64,000 nt of DNA, from assembly GCA_903824675.1 (NCBI GenBank), contig CAIJXV010000009.1, positions 956-64,955 of the forward strand, in the 5' to 3' direction. The stretch is from an uncultured bacterium (lineage in GTDB: Bacteria; Verrucomicrobiota; Kiritimatiellia; CAIKKV01; CAIJXV01). Numbering within the stretch: the stretch's first letter is position 1; every line of letters starts with the position of its first letter. The notes below the pieces were generated by a model. It saw only the letters and a list, made by a program, of their open reading frames with translations, searched no databases and was not told the DNA's origin. This document shows, one piece after another, positions 7,820 through 17,837 of the stretch. The position numbers and the translations under genes were made by a program.

Positions 7820-10783
7820 TCATTTGGGACGGATCGCCTCCGCTTTTTCCTGTCGGGCGCGGATGGCTTCCAGCTTTTTGATGGACACCTGATCGAGGTC
7901 GCCAATGCCATAGCCCCCAATTCCCTTGCCGCTGCATTCTTTGATCAACAACTTATAGATTCGCGTGGCGGCATCGATGTCATTCAGTTTTTCCAGGCAT
8001 TCGGCTTGATGAAAAAGTCCAAGGTAACGCAGGGATAATCCATTGCCCAGCTTCCCGAACAACGTGGCGGCTTCAGAATATCGCCCGGATTTCTGGAGAC
8101 GCTTGGCCGTGTATAAGACAAAAAATCGCGCAAAACTGTTCGATTTCTCCGAATCCACCAGGGAAGCCCATTCCATGAGAAAGGCTAGTTCCGCCGCTTC
8201 TCCTTCCTTTTTTCTAATGGTCTCGCCTTTCTGAATTAAGACTTGTGATATTTCATATACTTGATCGCCGTCATGCGCTTGAATTCTAAGTTTGTAAAGC
8301 TGATCGGCTTCCGCATTTCGATTCATCGCGTCGAGACATTGCGCCTGTTGGAATTGAGCCTCGGTGCGCATATTCCCCTCAACCGTACTTCGCGAATTCA
8401 AATTCTGATGCCTCATCATATTGTGACATTTCTTGTCATAACAAAGGTCAAAAGCGTGTGATAGTTTGCCAAAAAGTGAGGCGGCTTCTTCAAAATGCCC
8501 GGTTGCTTTGAATCGTTTCGCGATCGGCATGACCACGAATGTGATGAACGAAACGTCTTTACTTTGAATGCAAGTCGTTGCTGGGTCCTTAAGATCGGCC
8601 CATTCTTTTAGGTAGGCGAATTCGGCTGCTTCCCCGTGTAAACGGCAAAGCTCCGTTCCGCTGGCGAGCACGGCTCCACGTATTTCATAGGGAATCGGGT
8701 TCGTTTTATAATTCGGATCTAATTGGCATATCGGAATCGTTTTTGCCCCGCCTTGGGCGGGGGTGGGGTCAATCCAGTGTGGATCGCATCGTTTTAGGGC
8801 GGGGGGCACCAACGTCTCGAGAAAAGTAATATCTCTCCTCATGTCAAAGCCCCGTTTGTCGGGTACCCAGGCGAAATCGACCAAACAGGTCTTTTGGAGG
8901 CCATTTCGGGTCATAAGGCGAAACGCCTTCTGGTAGGAATCTATGGCCTCTTTAATCAGCCCGGCCTTTTCAAACGCCTGGCCGCGATAATAGGCGATGG
9001 TTGCAAAGGTGCGTTCATCCAAATGAACTACATGGGATTGAATCTGTCCAGCATCGATTGAGAGACGCAAGTTCAGGGCGGCGAGACGCAGATTCTCCGC
9101 GGATGCGGTGTAATTCGTTTGCTGAAGTTGCAGGAGTCCAAGGCGGAAATAGGCACCGACGGCAAGGGCGGTGTTTGGGTGTTTTTCGATGATGGTCTTG
9201 AACAGGGATAAGGTTCTTTCGTCGGCCTTGAAAGACGGGTTTGGCATCAACGCAAGCCCGCCGCTCTTCTTACCGTTAATGTTGAGTGTTGGGCTGGCAC
9301 AGAAGAACAATGTTCGCGCATGGTCATACGTGTCTGGGGTCACCTTGTCCATGATGGTCGCGCAGATTGCGCCCCAGAAATTGTCATATGCCAAGATTGA
9401 TAATTCGGTGAAGACATCAAGATCGCCCGGCCGTTGGGCAAACAATTCCAGGAAAAGACCCAATCGATCCAATTTGTTTTCGACCGGGTTGGCGGCCACC
9501 ACCTCATACGGATCTTTCCAATCCGAGCCGATGGCCGAAGTAAGATTCGTTTGGGTTTCGTTAGAGGTTTCGCTCTGGCCGTTAGCCAGCAAACTCGACA
9601 CTTCCGTGGCGATCTTGTTTGCGATCCGATCGGTTGTTCCCGATTTCACAGGAACGTGCCAGGCCTTGAGCGAACGGCCGGTGAATGAGTCCTGGAGATG
9701 GAGTCCGATTTCGAATGAATTCCCAGGGTCATTGCCGGGCCGTATGCTGACGCCGAGGATCCAGGAGGCGACTGCAAAAGCGCGGTAGGCAGGAATGTCC
9801 CGTGCCTCAAATCGTTTGCTTAAAGTTAAATCCAGTTCGTCGGTGCGGCTTTCCAGGGCATCCCGGCCGATCAGCGTAATGCCATTGGCCGCAAGCTGGC
9901 TCTCCAGCAAGGTGCGCCACTCCGGGGCGATCCTTGGGTCAATTCCCGAGGCGGACGTGATGTTTAGCAATAACGCCGGGCGGGTGTTATGGTTGGGGGC
10001 CGGCTGATGGGTGGATATAGCGAGCGAGGGGGCAATTTTTTTGAGACGCGTATCCACCTCTTGGGCCAAGAGTGGGAGATCCGACTGGATGTAGCATTGG
10101 CGTTCGCGAATCAGGGCCAATACAAATCCAGGGTCGCGTCTGGCGGCCTCCGCGAAATAAGGCGCTGCGCGCAAGGGGCGCTGTTGGATACACCATCCCA
10201 AGCCCCGATAATAAAAATCTACAGCTTCCGGCACGCGGGCCAGCCGTGAATCGCCGGGTTCCGGCTTGAGTTGTCCGCCGGAAGCGATTCCCGTGATCGC
10301 CGCCGACGCGGATTCCACCATGTCGCCCAATGACTTAGGTAATTTCCCTTTGATCGCCACGGTTTTCTCCAAGGCGCCCGATGCTGATCGGACTATGCGC
10401 AGGGATAAGATGTCTTCCCCGGTGCCGGCAGTGATTTCGCCCGAGACCAGGAAATCCGCCAGACGCAGCTTGCTCCCCACAAACGAATCCGGCGTGATGA
10501 GACCATTGGCCCCGAGTCCCTGTTCCGCCAACACGCTCCAAACGAAATCCCGGTCGAGCACGTCCAAGGAAGCTTCGGTTCCCAGCCGGGCCGTGATCAG
10601 ATCTGGCAGCGCTTTCCCGGCCCACGCCAGGTCATTCGATGGTCCGGCACAAGTAAAAGGCAAAACGGCCACGCTGGGGCGGTGCTGTGTTTCTTCCGTG
10701 CCGGTTGCGGAATACGACCATCCTGTGGCGCCCATGATGATGGCAAACCAATATACAATCGGAATCCAAAGAAGTTTTTTCAT
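7820..10783 (-). CDS. Giant secreted protein (987 aa): signal peptide + TolB-N/CsgG-like domain + TPR arrays; C-terminal internal duplication
   Basis: SVAVLPFTCAGPSNDLAWAGKALPDLITARLGTEASLDVLDRDFVWSVLAEQGL is a clear TolB_N/CsgG-type motif. TPR-like helices follow. Two ~140-aa C-terminal repeats (AEFAYLKEWADL...FEEAASLFGKL / AELAFLMEWASL...YSEAATLFGKL). Ends EKAEAIRPK. Confidence 0.7.
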   Translation of the reverse strand: MKKLLWIPIVYWFAIIMGATGWSYSATGTEETQHRPSVAVLPFTCAGPSNDLAWAGKALPDLITARLGTEASLDVLDRDFVWSVLAEQGLGANGLITPDSFVGSKLRLADFLVSGEITAGTGEDILSLRIVRSASGALEKTVAIKGKLPKSLGDMVESASAAITGIASGGQLKPEPGDSRLARVPEAVDFYYRGLGWCIQQRPLRAAPYFAEAARRDPGFVLALIRERQCYIQSDLPLLAQEVDTRLKKIAPSLAISTHQPAPNHNTRPALLLNITSASGIDPRIAPEWRTLLESQLAANGITLIGRDALESRTDELDLTLSKRFEARDIPAYRAFAVASWILGVSIRPGNDPGNSFEIGLHLQDSFTGRSLKAWHVPVKSGTTDRIANKIATEVSSLLANGQSETSNETQTNLTSAIGSDWKDPYEVVAANPVENKLDRLGLFLELFAQRPGDLDVFTELSILAYDNFWGAICATIMDKVTPDTYDHARTLFFCASPTLNINGKKSGGLALMPNPSFKADERTLSLFKTIIEKHPNTALAVGAYFRLGLLQLQQTNYTASAENLRLAALNLRLSIDAGQIQSHVVHLDERTFATIAYYRGQAFEKAGLIKEAIDSYQKAFRLMTRNGLQKTCLVDFAWVPDKRGFDMRRDITFLETLVPPALKRCDPHWIDPTPAQGGAKTIPICQLDPNYKTNPIPYEIRGAVLASGTELCRLHGEAAEFAYLKEWADLKDPATTCIQSKDVSFITFVVMPIAKRFKATGHFEEAASLFGKLSHAFDLCYDKKCHNMMRHQNLNSRSTVEGNMRTEAQFQQAQCLDAMNRNAEADQLYKLRIQAHDGDQVYEISQVLIQKGETIRKKEGEAAELAFLMEWASLVDSEKSNSFARFFVLYTAKRLQKSGRYSEAATLFGKLGNGLSLRYLGLFHQAECLEKLNDIDAATRIYKLLIKECSGKGIGGYGIGDLDQVSIKKLEAIRARQEKAEAIRPK

Positions 10784-10810
10784 TGATCTGACGGATCCCC
10801 CTCACCCCAA

Positions 10811-10833
10811 CCCTCCCCCGCGGCGGGGGGAGG
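10811..10833 (-). terminator. GC-rich hairpin (ccctccccc-gcggc-gggggaggg) between the CsgG-like gene and the next giant gene
   Basis: Perfect 9-bp stem, 5-nt loop, immediately downstream (on the minus strand) of the stop of 10938..11918. No clear U-run, so a classical intrinsic terminator is not certain. Confidence 0.3.
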
Positions 10834-10937
10834 GAGGAGCGAATTAGGCGAATGTCGTCGCCATGATTAAACCCTCACCTTCGTCGGGGGGAGGGAATGC
10901 GACAAGCTGCTCATGAATCGCCCATCCTATCGCCGTT

Positions 10938-11918
10938 TTACTTCACCAACTGCGGCAACAGGCGTTCGGCGATCTGGGCGGCGGCGGCTTGCAAGGCATT
11001 TTTGCCGGCGATTTGTTCGGTCAGGTCCACCATGACGGCGGTTTGACGATCGATCGCGATGATCTTATCCGTCACCCGGTCCTTGGCCTTGATTTCCAGG
11101 CGCGATTTCACACTGACCAGACCGCCCCGCCGGGTGGCAAATTCGCTAAATCCTTCGCCTTCAATCAGAATGTCGGCCTTTTTAAGCCCCGTATCATTTG
11201 AATCCAGGACTTCAAAACCGCAGGATTTCAAGAATAGGATCAGTTCCGTTTGCGACGCGGGGTCAATCGTGGCCTGGCCCACATGGCGCTCTTGAACGTG
11301 AACGCTGACGGTCGGACGCTTGGCATCGCCCAGCTTGGCCTTCAAGAGGGCCAAGCGGTCCTCTATCTTGACGTTTTTGGCCACCAGTTCACCGGCTCGT
11401 TTGCTAATGGTCTCCGACACCTTGTTGGCCAGTTCCTGAACCAGGGGGGCAATGTCGTCGCTCGACTTGCCCTGCACGGATGAGCCTAAAACCCGGGTGG
11501 TTTCCGTTCCAATGATCTTGGCGACCAAAAACAACGTCTTGTCGGAGTCAATCACCGAGCCGGTAATCAGGATTTTGGCACCGGTCAATTTGCCGACTTG
11601 ATTTGCCTGATCCGGCGAAACCACGCCCGACAGGTTGAGTTCGGCTTCGGCCAGGGTTTTATCCAAGTCTGCACGATCGACCAGGAAAAGATCAGGATTG
11701 GCCGCCAGATAGGCGAAGAGCATGTCGCTGACTTTGGCTCCCATTTCCTTGACGCCGGCGCCTCGTTCCTGGAAGGGCAGAATGGCGGCGGGATAAACCT
11801 GGATCGGGGCTTGGGCCTCAACAGCGACCGGCCCCGCCGGTTTACTGATTTCTTCCGCCGCACCCGCCAACTGAATTCCCACCATTCCGCATAATAATCC
11901 GGCCAGTAGTGTTTTCAT
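10938..11918 (-). CDS. Secreted protein with two tandem CsgG/TolB-N-like domains
   Basis: Signal peptide. VAILPFQERGAGVKEMGAKVSDMLFAYLAANPDLFLVDRADLDKTLAEAELNLSGVV...KLTGAKILITGSV is strongly CsgG/LpoB/TolB_N-like. A second, more degenerate copy sits in the C-terminal half. 4-nt overlap with the upstream gene. Confidence 0.65.
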   Translation of the reverse strand: MKTLLAGLLCGMVGIQLAGAAEEISKPAGPVAVEAQAPIQVYPAAILPFQERGAGVKEMGAKVSDMLFAYLAANPDLFLVDRADLDKTLAEAELNLSGVVSPDQANQVGKLTGAKILITGSVIDSDKTLFLVAKIIGTETTRVLGSSVQGKSSDDIAPLVQELANKVSETISKRAGELVAKNVKIEDRLALLKAKLGDAKRPTVSVHVQERHVGQATIDPASQTELILFLKSCGFEVLDSNDTGLKKADILIEGEGFSEFATRRGGLVSVKSRLEIKAKDRVTDKIIAIDRQTAVMVDLTEQIAGKNALQAAAAQIAERLLPQLVK

Positions 11919-12979
11919 TCCCGTCCTCCTTGTTTGTTAGTTTGTTCGCGACAACTTTCCAGCATTCGCAGCAAAAGATAGCGTGGGGATGGATTAATAT
12001 CCCACGGGTCAACAATCGCAAATCCACAGATTAACAGGCGGCCCCCGTTCTTCCAGTGCAAATCAACCCACGGCCAGCCGGCCGGATCTTTTCCCGCCTC
12101 AATCCGTCCTTCAACATCGGCGTGGTTTCCCTGTAAAACCAGGGTAGACGCGAGAATCTCACGGTTGGGTGACCATTCCCCGGAATCCAGCCGCTTATCC
12201 AATTCGCGAATGATGTCGAGCCGTTTAAAAATCATTGATTGGGGTAGGGGGGTGCCGTCATTTGGGGGGACTGAGGAGAGTCCGATTTCGCCGCCGACAG
12301 GGGCGAACAAAATCACGGTCTTACCCTGTTCCGCCAATTCGAGCAGGAGGTGATCGAATTCCCGGTATTCTTTTAGATTCAGTCCTTCCCCAATCACGAG
12401 GGTTTGGTGTGAAGTGGTGCGAAGCGCTTCGGTCCGGGGAATGATTTCAAACTGAATTCCAGCATCCTTAAAACATTGAGCCGTCTTTTCGGCGGGATCG
12501 AAGAGCCCCAGATCGAGTTCCTTCATTAATCGGGACTGATCCGCAAAGGCATCAGCAGGGAAGAGCCAGATCCGAGTGCGAATATTCGTGCTGACCTGAT
12601 TGGCCCCGGTCGCGATGAATGAAATGGACAGTTCGGCAGGATAAATGGCGCCGGGCTTGACGTCCGGGAAGGTCACGGGCAAAGAAAGGACTTGGGGTTC
12701 GCCGGGTTTCAGGCTCAATTCCCTTTCCCGCACTTCAATGGAGCGATCATTCACCAGCAGGCTGTGTCCCAATCGCCCGGATACCGGGGTCTCGGCCGAA
12801 ATCTGGATTTGGACTTCGTTAGTGGTTCCCCCGAAATAGGCCTGGTGTCCGACAACGGACAAGATCGGAATCGCGTTTTGGGCTTGAACGACTCCGAAGG
12901 TTAAGAGGCCGATGAGGAGTGCGATTCCACAGTGTAGTCCGGTGAAGGTATGGGGTTGAACCGAAAACAGGCGTTTCAT
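11915..12979 (-). CDS. Secreted hypothetical protein (354 aa)
   Basis: N-terminal signal peptide (LLIGLLTFGVVQAQ). No recognisable catalytic motif. Co-directional with, and overlapping by 4 nt, the CsgG-like gene. Confidence 0.55.
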   Translation of the reverse strand: MKRLFSVQPHTFTGLHCGIALLIGLLTFGVVQAQNAIPILSVVGHQAYFGGTTNEVQIQISAETPVSGRLGHSLLVNDRSIEVRERELSLKPGEPQVLSLPVTFPDVKPGAIYPAELSISFIATGANQVSTNIRTRIWLFPADAFADQSRLMKELDLGLFDPAEKTAQCFKDAGIQFEIIPRTEALRTTSHQTLVIGEGLNLKEYREFDHLLLELAEQGKTVILFAPVGGEIGLSSVPPNDGTPLPQSMIFKRLDIIRELDKRLDSGEWSPNREILASTLVLQGNHADVEGRIEAGKDPAGWPWVDLHWKNGGRLLICGFAIVDPWDINPSPRYLLLRMLESCREQTNKQGGRE

Positions 12980-13240
12980 TGACAGGACCCTCCCTTGTTT
13001 AACTGTTCGACGGGGCGTGCGCCGATTGCCGTTGTTTTACAGATCATGAGGCTTGTATTCAGAATGCCTCATGCACCTCTTTTAACCTATTAGACCCGGC
13101 AAAGGGAGCGAATTTTGAATAAAAATTTAATTCAATCCACTTCGCGTCCCCCAGGGATGCCCAGGCTGTAGGGGCTTAGGCTTTAGGCTGTTAGGTCAAG
13201 GCACAGACTGCAAACCTGTAACCCCGCGGGTTGGGATCAT

Positions 13241-16200
13241 TTAGCGTGTCTCCGGTTGCCACCCCAAGGATTTCAGATATTCCAGATCTTCGGGCCATAG
13301 GGATTTGATCTGTATGGGCCAAACTTCGTACGACTGTCTCTTTGTCAGGATAATCGATATGGTTTGGTCCCCAGCCTTTGGTAAATCCGTCAGACACCCA
13401 ACCAGGCCTCCGAGGCTTTGCCAGCTCCGTTCATCGCCCAACCCCTGACGAAACATCGTCAGAAAAACACGGGCCTCCTGGCCGATCCGGACATCACCCA
13501 TACCGCTAAGGTTTTCTTTTCCCCTAATGGAAACCCAAATATTCACAGTTCCGGAAGGAAGTGCCGTCGCGATTTCTTTCCATATAGCTGCGGACTTCTC
13601 TTTGCGCCCGAGTTGGTGATACAAGTGAGCCTCATAATAAGCGGTATTGGCCCACAATTCCTGATCTTTCGTCAATTGCCGCGTCTTATCGTAACATAAC
13701 AAAGCCACCTCATCGTCGTGGGCATCCTGACATTGCCGACCGGCGAAAAACCAGACCCAGGCCTTCACCGACCCGCCGCAGTTGGAAGGTTGCGCATCAA
13801 CCTCTGGACGAACATAACCATTCAGAAACTCATCAGCCTCCGAAACCCGATTGAGGATCGCGGCGCATCTGCACAGGCCGATCATCCATTCCCACGTCAA
13901 ATTGGAGTCCCACGCCAGGCGTTTGGAGTCCACAGTCTTCTTCGCTCGTTGGTACCACTCCAAACTTTTTTGATAACGATGTTCCGCAAGCCATTGATTG
14001 CCCACAAATACGGACAACTCCCAGGGGGCGGAATCGAACGAGGAGCCCAGCCGCGATAATGCATCGAGACTAATTCTTTCGCAATCAGCGGCTTTGAATC
14101 CGGATTGCTCCAGAATCCCGGGCAACAGGGCCAAATTCAGGCGCGGGGGATGGAAGAAGGGATCGAACACACTAACCCAATCCGGCTTAAGACCCGCTGC
14201 AGTTAGCAAGGAGGCCATTTCACGATGATACATCAATACGTCGACGGTCGGGACATTCATATCGCAATCCATCGCCTCTAATCCACGCACGGCGCGATAG
14301 GCCGTGGTCACCCGCACCGCAGCCACTTTCAAATCCGCGGTCGCGGAATTGGTCAGTGTCTCCGGAGAAACCATGGTCCGGTGGAGTTGACGCAAACTGG
14401 GATCATCGGTGTAGCCCACAATCCGCTTCGGATCGGGCGTATAGGTAATATCACGGGCGATTTGCAGGAGGCGCAGGGCAAGCGACATATTGGTAATGGG
14501 TCCGGTACTATAGGGCTTTTCGGGCGAGATCTTCCAGTCCGTAATCAGGGCATCGAGCGTGCGAAGAGCCTTTACACGAACGATATCCAGTTGCTCAAAA
14601 GTTGCATTGGTGGAATTGAGTTCAATATCCAGTTGCCGAACTTGGAGATCATAATTGGGAGGGGCGTCGGTCGCACCCCCTTCCAGGCGAATTCGAAGGT
14701 CGACGAGCAGAGCATGAATGGGTTTGTAACTGGAAATCTCAAAATCAATCGCGGTACCACCTTCCCTCCAACCTACCCCGGGTTTCGGTAAGGGAATTCC
14801 AACCATAAGATGTGGGTAATCCGCATATTCTTTGGGCAGAACCAGCCAACGCTCTGCCTGGCGCAAATACGCTTGGGCCTCTTCTTTCCGCCCCAGTTCG
14901 GTGGCCGATAACGCCAACAGGCAATAAGTCGATGCCATCCATATTTTTTCCCGAATAGCCGATTTGTGATTTAAGGTCTTCGCACACTCCGGGTTATCCA
15001 TGATCCCGTCCACCACTTTTCCGAGGTAGTTGATGGCGTCGGGCCATTGCCTCTGTTCAAAAGCCCTCGTTCCACGACAGGACCAAACACACCGCGCAGC
15101 CAAAGCGGTGGACTTGGCTTCTATAACCCGATCCCCAAAACACTCAAAAAGTTTCCATGGAACCTCCTCCGCTGACGCCGTCGGTTCTGGATGAGATTGC
15201 AAATAAAACGAGGCAACGCTCTCATTCGAACCTGAAGGGCGCATAGCCATGCGGCAAATCCATTCATAGATGGTATAATCATACGGTGGAATCGCATCGG
15301 CTGTATCAATCTTCCGGTGGATTGAACTGGCATGCTGAAAATAGTCGGCTGCCTTGTTCCAATCATGGCCGTTATACGCCTGCATTCCACGCCAGAATAA
15401 AATTTGGGCTGCCTCCGCACTTTCGGGGGAATTTGCGATGACGCGATCTCCCAGCAGCTCATGCTTTACGACCGGCACCAGGGGATTCCCAATGGCCCAT
15501 CCATAACTGTCCAGCCAAACCGCAGGGTCTTTACTCTCGATGGCCGAATCAAGAATATAGTTGAGTTCATAAGCTGCAAAACGGGTCCGCCCGAATTGCA
15601 TAAAAAGGCCATACAGCTGACGATGCTGGTCCTCCCCTTGACGGATGGCCCACAAGGTCTGTCCAATCGCCTGGTAGCCACTGGGGAACTTCGCTTGGAG
15701 CCGATCGGGAAGCGCCTTTGCCGGACTTGCCGGTTCGTGAAATTGGACCGGTGTCGTTTCCGTTGTTTTCCAACCCGTCAGAAGGGCTTCGATCATGGCT
15801 GTCAGGTCGGTAGCCAAATTTGTTCCAAGGAATTCCTCCCGGCTCGTGAGGACGGAACCTGAAATGGGGTCCAGAATTTCCAACCGGATTCTCTTTCTCC
15901 CGTTGGTTTCGAATTGTGAGCAGAACAGGAGGCCATCGAGAACCAGCCACTTGTCGTAAAGGGGCAAGGATTGCGCGCCGAATCCCGATGATAAATGAAG
16001 ATCCAATTCGCCAATCACACTCGCAAAACTTTCGGTGTTAAAGAGCCGAACCTGCGGTGAACGCAGGAGGGGTTCTTCCAGCGCCGCACGCAGAGCTTTC
16101 ACCGCGCCCATCGACTGGGTGGTGACCGAGAGAACGGGATCGGCGATAAATGGATCGAGCACCGCCAGGGTGCGAACCGATGAGAGTGTATCTTTACCCG

Positions 16201-17038
16201 GCTGCCGGATTTTCGTGGGTGACACGAGGTCTGTCGTATTTGTGTATAAAGCCACATATTGCGAGAAACCTGCCATTTGGTAAGCTTTGCGTTCCCAGTA
16301 CCCGGCTTGGACAAAACGCAAATCCAGTTCGCCGGCACAGATGAACCATCCGACCGCGTGTTCCGGAAACCCTTGCGCACACAATTCGATTCCCTTGTAA
16401 AAAAAGATCAGCACCTCCGGCATGGGCAAATAAGTATTGGTTGGTGCCGGTGCCGGTATACCCCCTTCTTGAAAACCGCTCAGGTGGGTTGCCAGTGCTT
16501 TTCCCAAGGCGCTAATTAGTTGGGGTAGTTCGTCAGGAAAAAGACCTTCCTCCGAAACGGAAGCTTGGATCTGATTCTCGGGAACGGACACGGCGGTTGC
16601 GGATAGCCGGATGCGATTGTCGCCGGTAACCGTTAGATTTCCCCGCACCAGACAGCGGGCTTTCAAGAATCGGCCCATCGACAATTCGTCCTTCGTCATC
16701 CCTGTGCTGAAGAGTCTCTGTTCGTTGAGCATCGCTCGAATATAATCGCGGTCTAAGGTTTGAATTCCCTGTTTCTGAAGTTCCACTTGCAGGAGGTCGG
16801 CTAATCCCAACTTTGCCCATCCAAAGTCCAGACCACGATCTTCAATAATTTCGAATTCTAAGATGGCAATGGGGGGCTGATCGTGCGACGGCGACTCGGC
16901 CAAAGACGGGAGGATAATTAGTAGAAATGCGATTCCGCCTTTTAAAAGCCTCCGCACGCCTGAATAATGGCTTACGCCATTAATGGAAAGACGCTTCGAG
17001 AAAGCGTCCATGGAAAATCGCAAAAGAAATATCGCCAT
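13241..17038 (-). CDS. Giant secreted protein (1265 aa): signal peptide + TolB-N/CsgG-like domain + extensive TPR-like helical repeats
   Basis: PPIAILEFEIIEDRGLDFGWAKLGLADLLQVELQKQGIQTLDRDYIRAMLNEQRL motif directly after the signal peptide. Long helical-repeat body. First gene of the co-directional cluster. Confidence 0.7.
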   Translation of the reverse strand: MAIFLLRFSMDAFSKRLSINGVSHYSGVRRLLKGGIAFLLIILPSLAESPSHDQPPIAILEFEIIEDRGLDFGWAKLGLADLLQVELQKQGIQTLDRDYIRAMLNEQRLFSTGMTKDELSMGRFLKARCLVRGNLTVTGDNRIRLSATAVSVPENQIQASVSEEGLFPDELPQLISALGKALATHLSGFQEGGIPAPAPTNTYLPMPEVLIFFYKGIELCAQGFPEHAVGWFICAGELDLRFVQAGYWERKAYQMAGFSQYVALYTNTTDLVSPTKIRQPGKDTLSSVRTLAVLDPFIADPVLSVTTQSMGAVKALRAALEEPLLRSPQVRLFNTESFASVIGELDLHLSSGFGAQSLPLYDKWLVLDGLLFCSQFETNGRKRIRLEILDPISGSVLTSREEFLGTNLATDLTAMIEALLTGWKTTETTPVQFHEPASPAKALPDRLQAKFPSGYQAIGQTLWAIRQGEDQHRQLYGLFMQFGRTRFAAYELNYILDSAIESKDPAVWLDSYGWAIGNPLVPVVKHELLGDRVIANSPESAEAAQILFWRGMQAYNGHDWNKAADYFQHASSIHRKIDTADAIPPYDYTIYEWICRMAMRPSGSNESVASFYLQSHPEPTASAEEVPWKLFECFGDRVIEAKSTALAARCVWSCRGTRAFEQRQWPDAINYLGKVVDGIMDNPECAKTLNHKSAIREKIWMASTYCLLALSATELGRKEEAQAYLRQAERWLVLPKEYADYPHLMVGIPLPKPGVGWREGGTAIDFEISSYKPIHALLVDLRIRLEGGATDAPPNYDLQVRQLDIELNSTNATFEQLDIVRVKALRTLDALITDWKISPEKPYSTGPITNMSLALRLLQIARDITYTPDPKRIVGYTDDPSLRQLHRTMVSPETLTNSATADLKVAAVRVTTAYRAVRGLEAMDCDMNVPTVDVLMYHREMASLLTAAGLKPDWVSVFDPFFHPPRLNLALLPGILEQSGFKAADCERISLDALSRLGSSFDSAPWELSVFVGNQWLAEHRYQKSLEWYQRAKKTVDSKRLAWDSNLTWEWMIGLCRCAAILNRVSEADEFLNGYVRPEVDAQPSNCGGSVKAWVWFFAGRQCQDAHDDEVALLCYDKTRQLTKDQELWANTAYYEAHLYHQLGRKEKSAAIWKEIATALPSGTVNIWVSIRGKENLSGMGDVRIGQEARVFLTMFRQGLGDERSWQSLGGLVGCLTDLPKAGDQTISIILTKRQSYEVWPIQIKSLWPEDLEYLKSLGWQPETR

Positions 17039-17194
17039 GTCCGGATGGTGCCAAAACGAGGTGGTAAAGACAAGTCCGACAACATAAAAGTATAAATCTT
17101 ATTGCCAAGATAAGAAGGTCGGCATTGATCAAACTCCATGCGAGAATTGTTTCTCAGTCTTTCGCCTCGGTTGCTTTAAGTTGTCCGTTTGTCT

Positions 17195-17222
17195 TGACAG
17201 TTATTGATATGTGACTATATTT
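17195..17222 (+). promoter_or_regulatory. sigma70-like promoter TTGACA-N16-TATATT, predicting a leaderless abiEi transcript
   Basis: TTGACA at 17195-17200 and TATATT at 17217-17222. The ATG of AbiEi (17229) lies ~7 nt downstream, so there is no room for an SD sequence. Confidence 0.45.
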
Positions 17223-17228
17223 GAGGAT

Positions 17229-17837
17229 ATGACAAAGAAGGACACCCAGATCGGTCGGCTTCGGGAACTTGTGCATCGCCGTGGGATTTTGCACGCTCGC
17301 GACCTGACACCACTTGGAATTCCCAAAAGATATCTGGGGCGGCTTTGTGCCGAAGGGGTCCTCGTCAAAACTGGCCGGGGCCTGTATATGACAGCCGGAA
17401 TCCCCGAGACCGCACATCTTGGGCTGGCCCTGGTTACCAAGGCGATCCCCAAAAGTGTGATTTGCCTGCTATCGGCCTTGCGTTTCCATGAAATTGGGAC
17501 CCAGAGCCCGCATCAGGTCTGGATTGCGATGGATCGGCGGTCAGCCCGACCGCATCTGACATATCCCAAAATCCGGATTATGCGATTTTCTGGGAAATCC
17601 CTCACAGATGGCATTGACACGCATCTCATCGCTGGGGTTCAGGTGCGGATCTACAATCCGGCTAAAACGGTGGCAGATTGTTTCAAATACCGAAATAAAC
17701 TCGGTCTGGATGTCGCTATGGAAGCTCTACGGGAAGCCGTTCGGAATCGTAAGTGCACCGCGGACGATCTTTGGCGGTATGCGACGATCTGTCGAGTCAC
17801 CAAAGTCATACGGCCCTATATGGAGGCCATACTATGA
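17229..17837 (+). CDS. abiEi: AbiEi antitoxin (type IV toxin-antitoxin / abortive infection, transcriptional autoregulator)
   Basis: N-terminal wHTH-like block (IGRLRELVHRRGILHARDL) and a C-terminal AbiEi_4-like region. ATGA overlap with the downstream nucleotidyltransferase. The ORF-track start 17211 is a GTG extension. Confidence 0.75.
   Translation: MTKKDTQIGRLRELVHRRGILHARDLTPLGIPKRYLGRLCAEGVLVKTGRGLYMTAGIPETAHLGLALVTKAIPKSVICLLSALRFHEIGTQSPHQVWIAMDRRSARPHLTYPKIRIMRFSGKSLTDGIDTHLIAGVQVRIYNPAKTVADCFKYRNKLGLDVAMEALREAVRNRKCTADDLWRYATICRVTKVIRPYMEAIL

Noticed and set aside
13174-13195. Three tandem copies of TTAGGC in the intergenic region upstream of the 11915..12979 gene
   Set aside because: Too short (22 nt) to be meaningful; probably chance or a slippage remnant.
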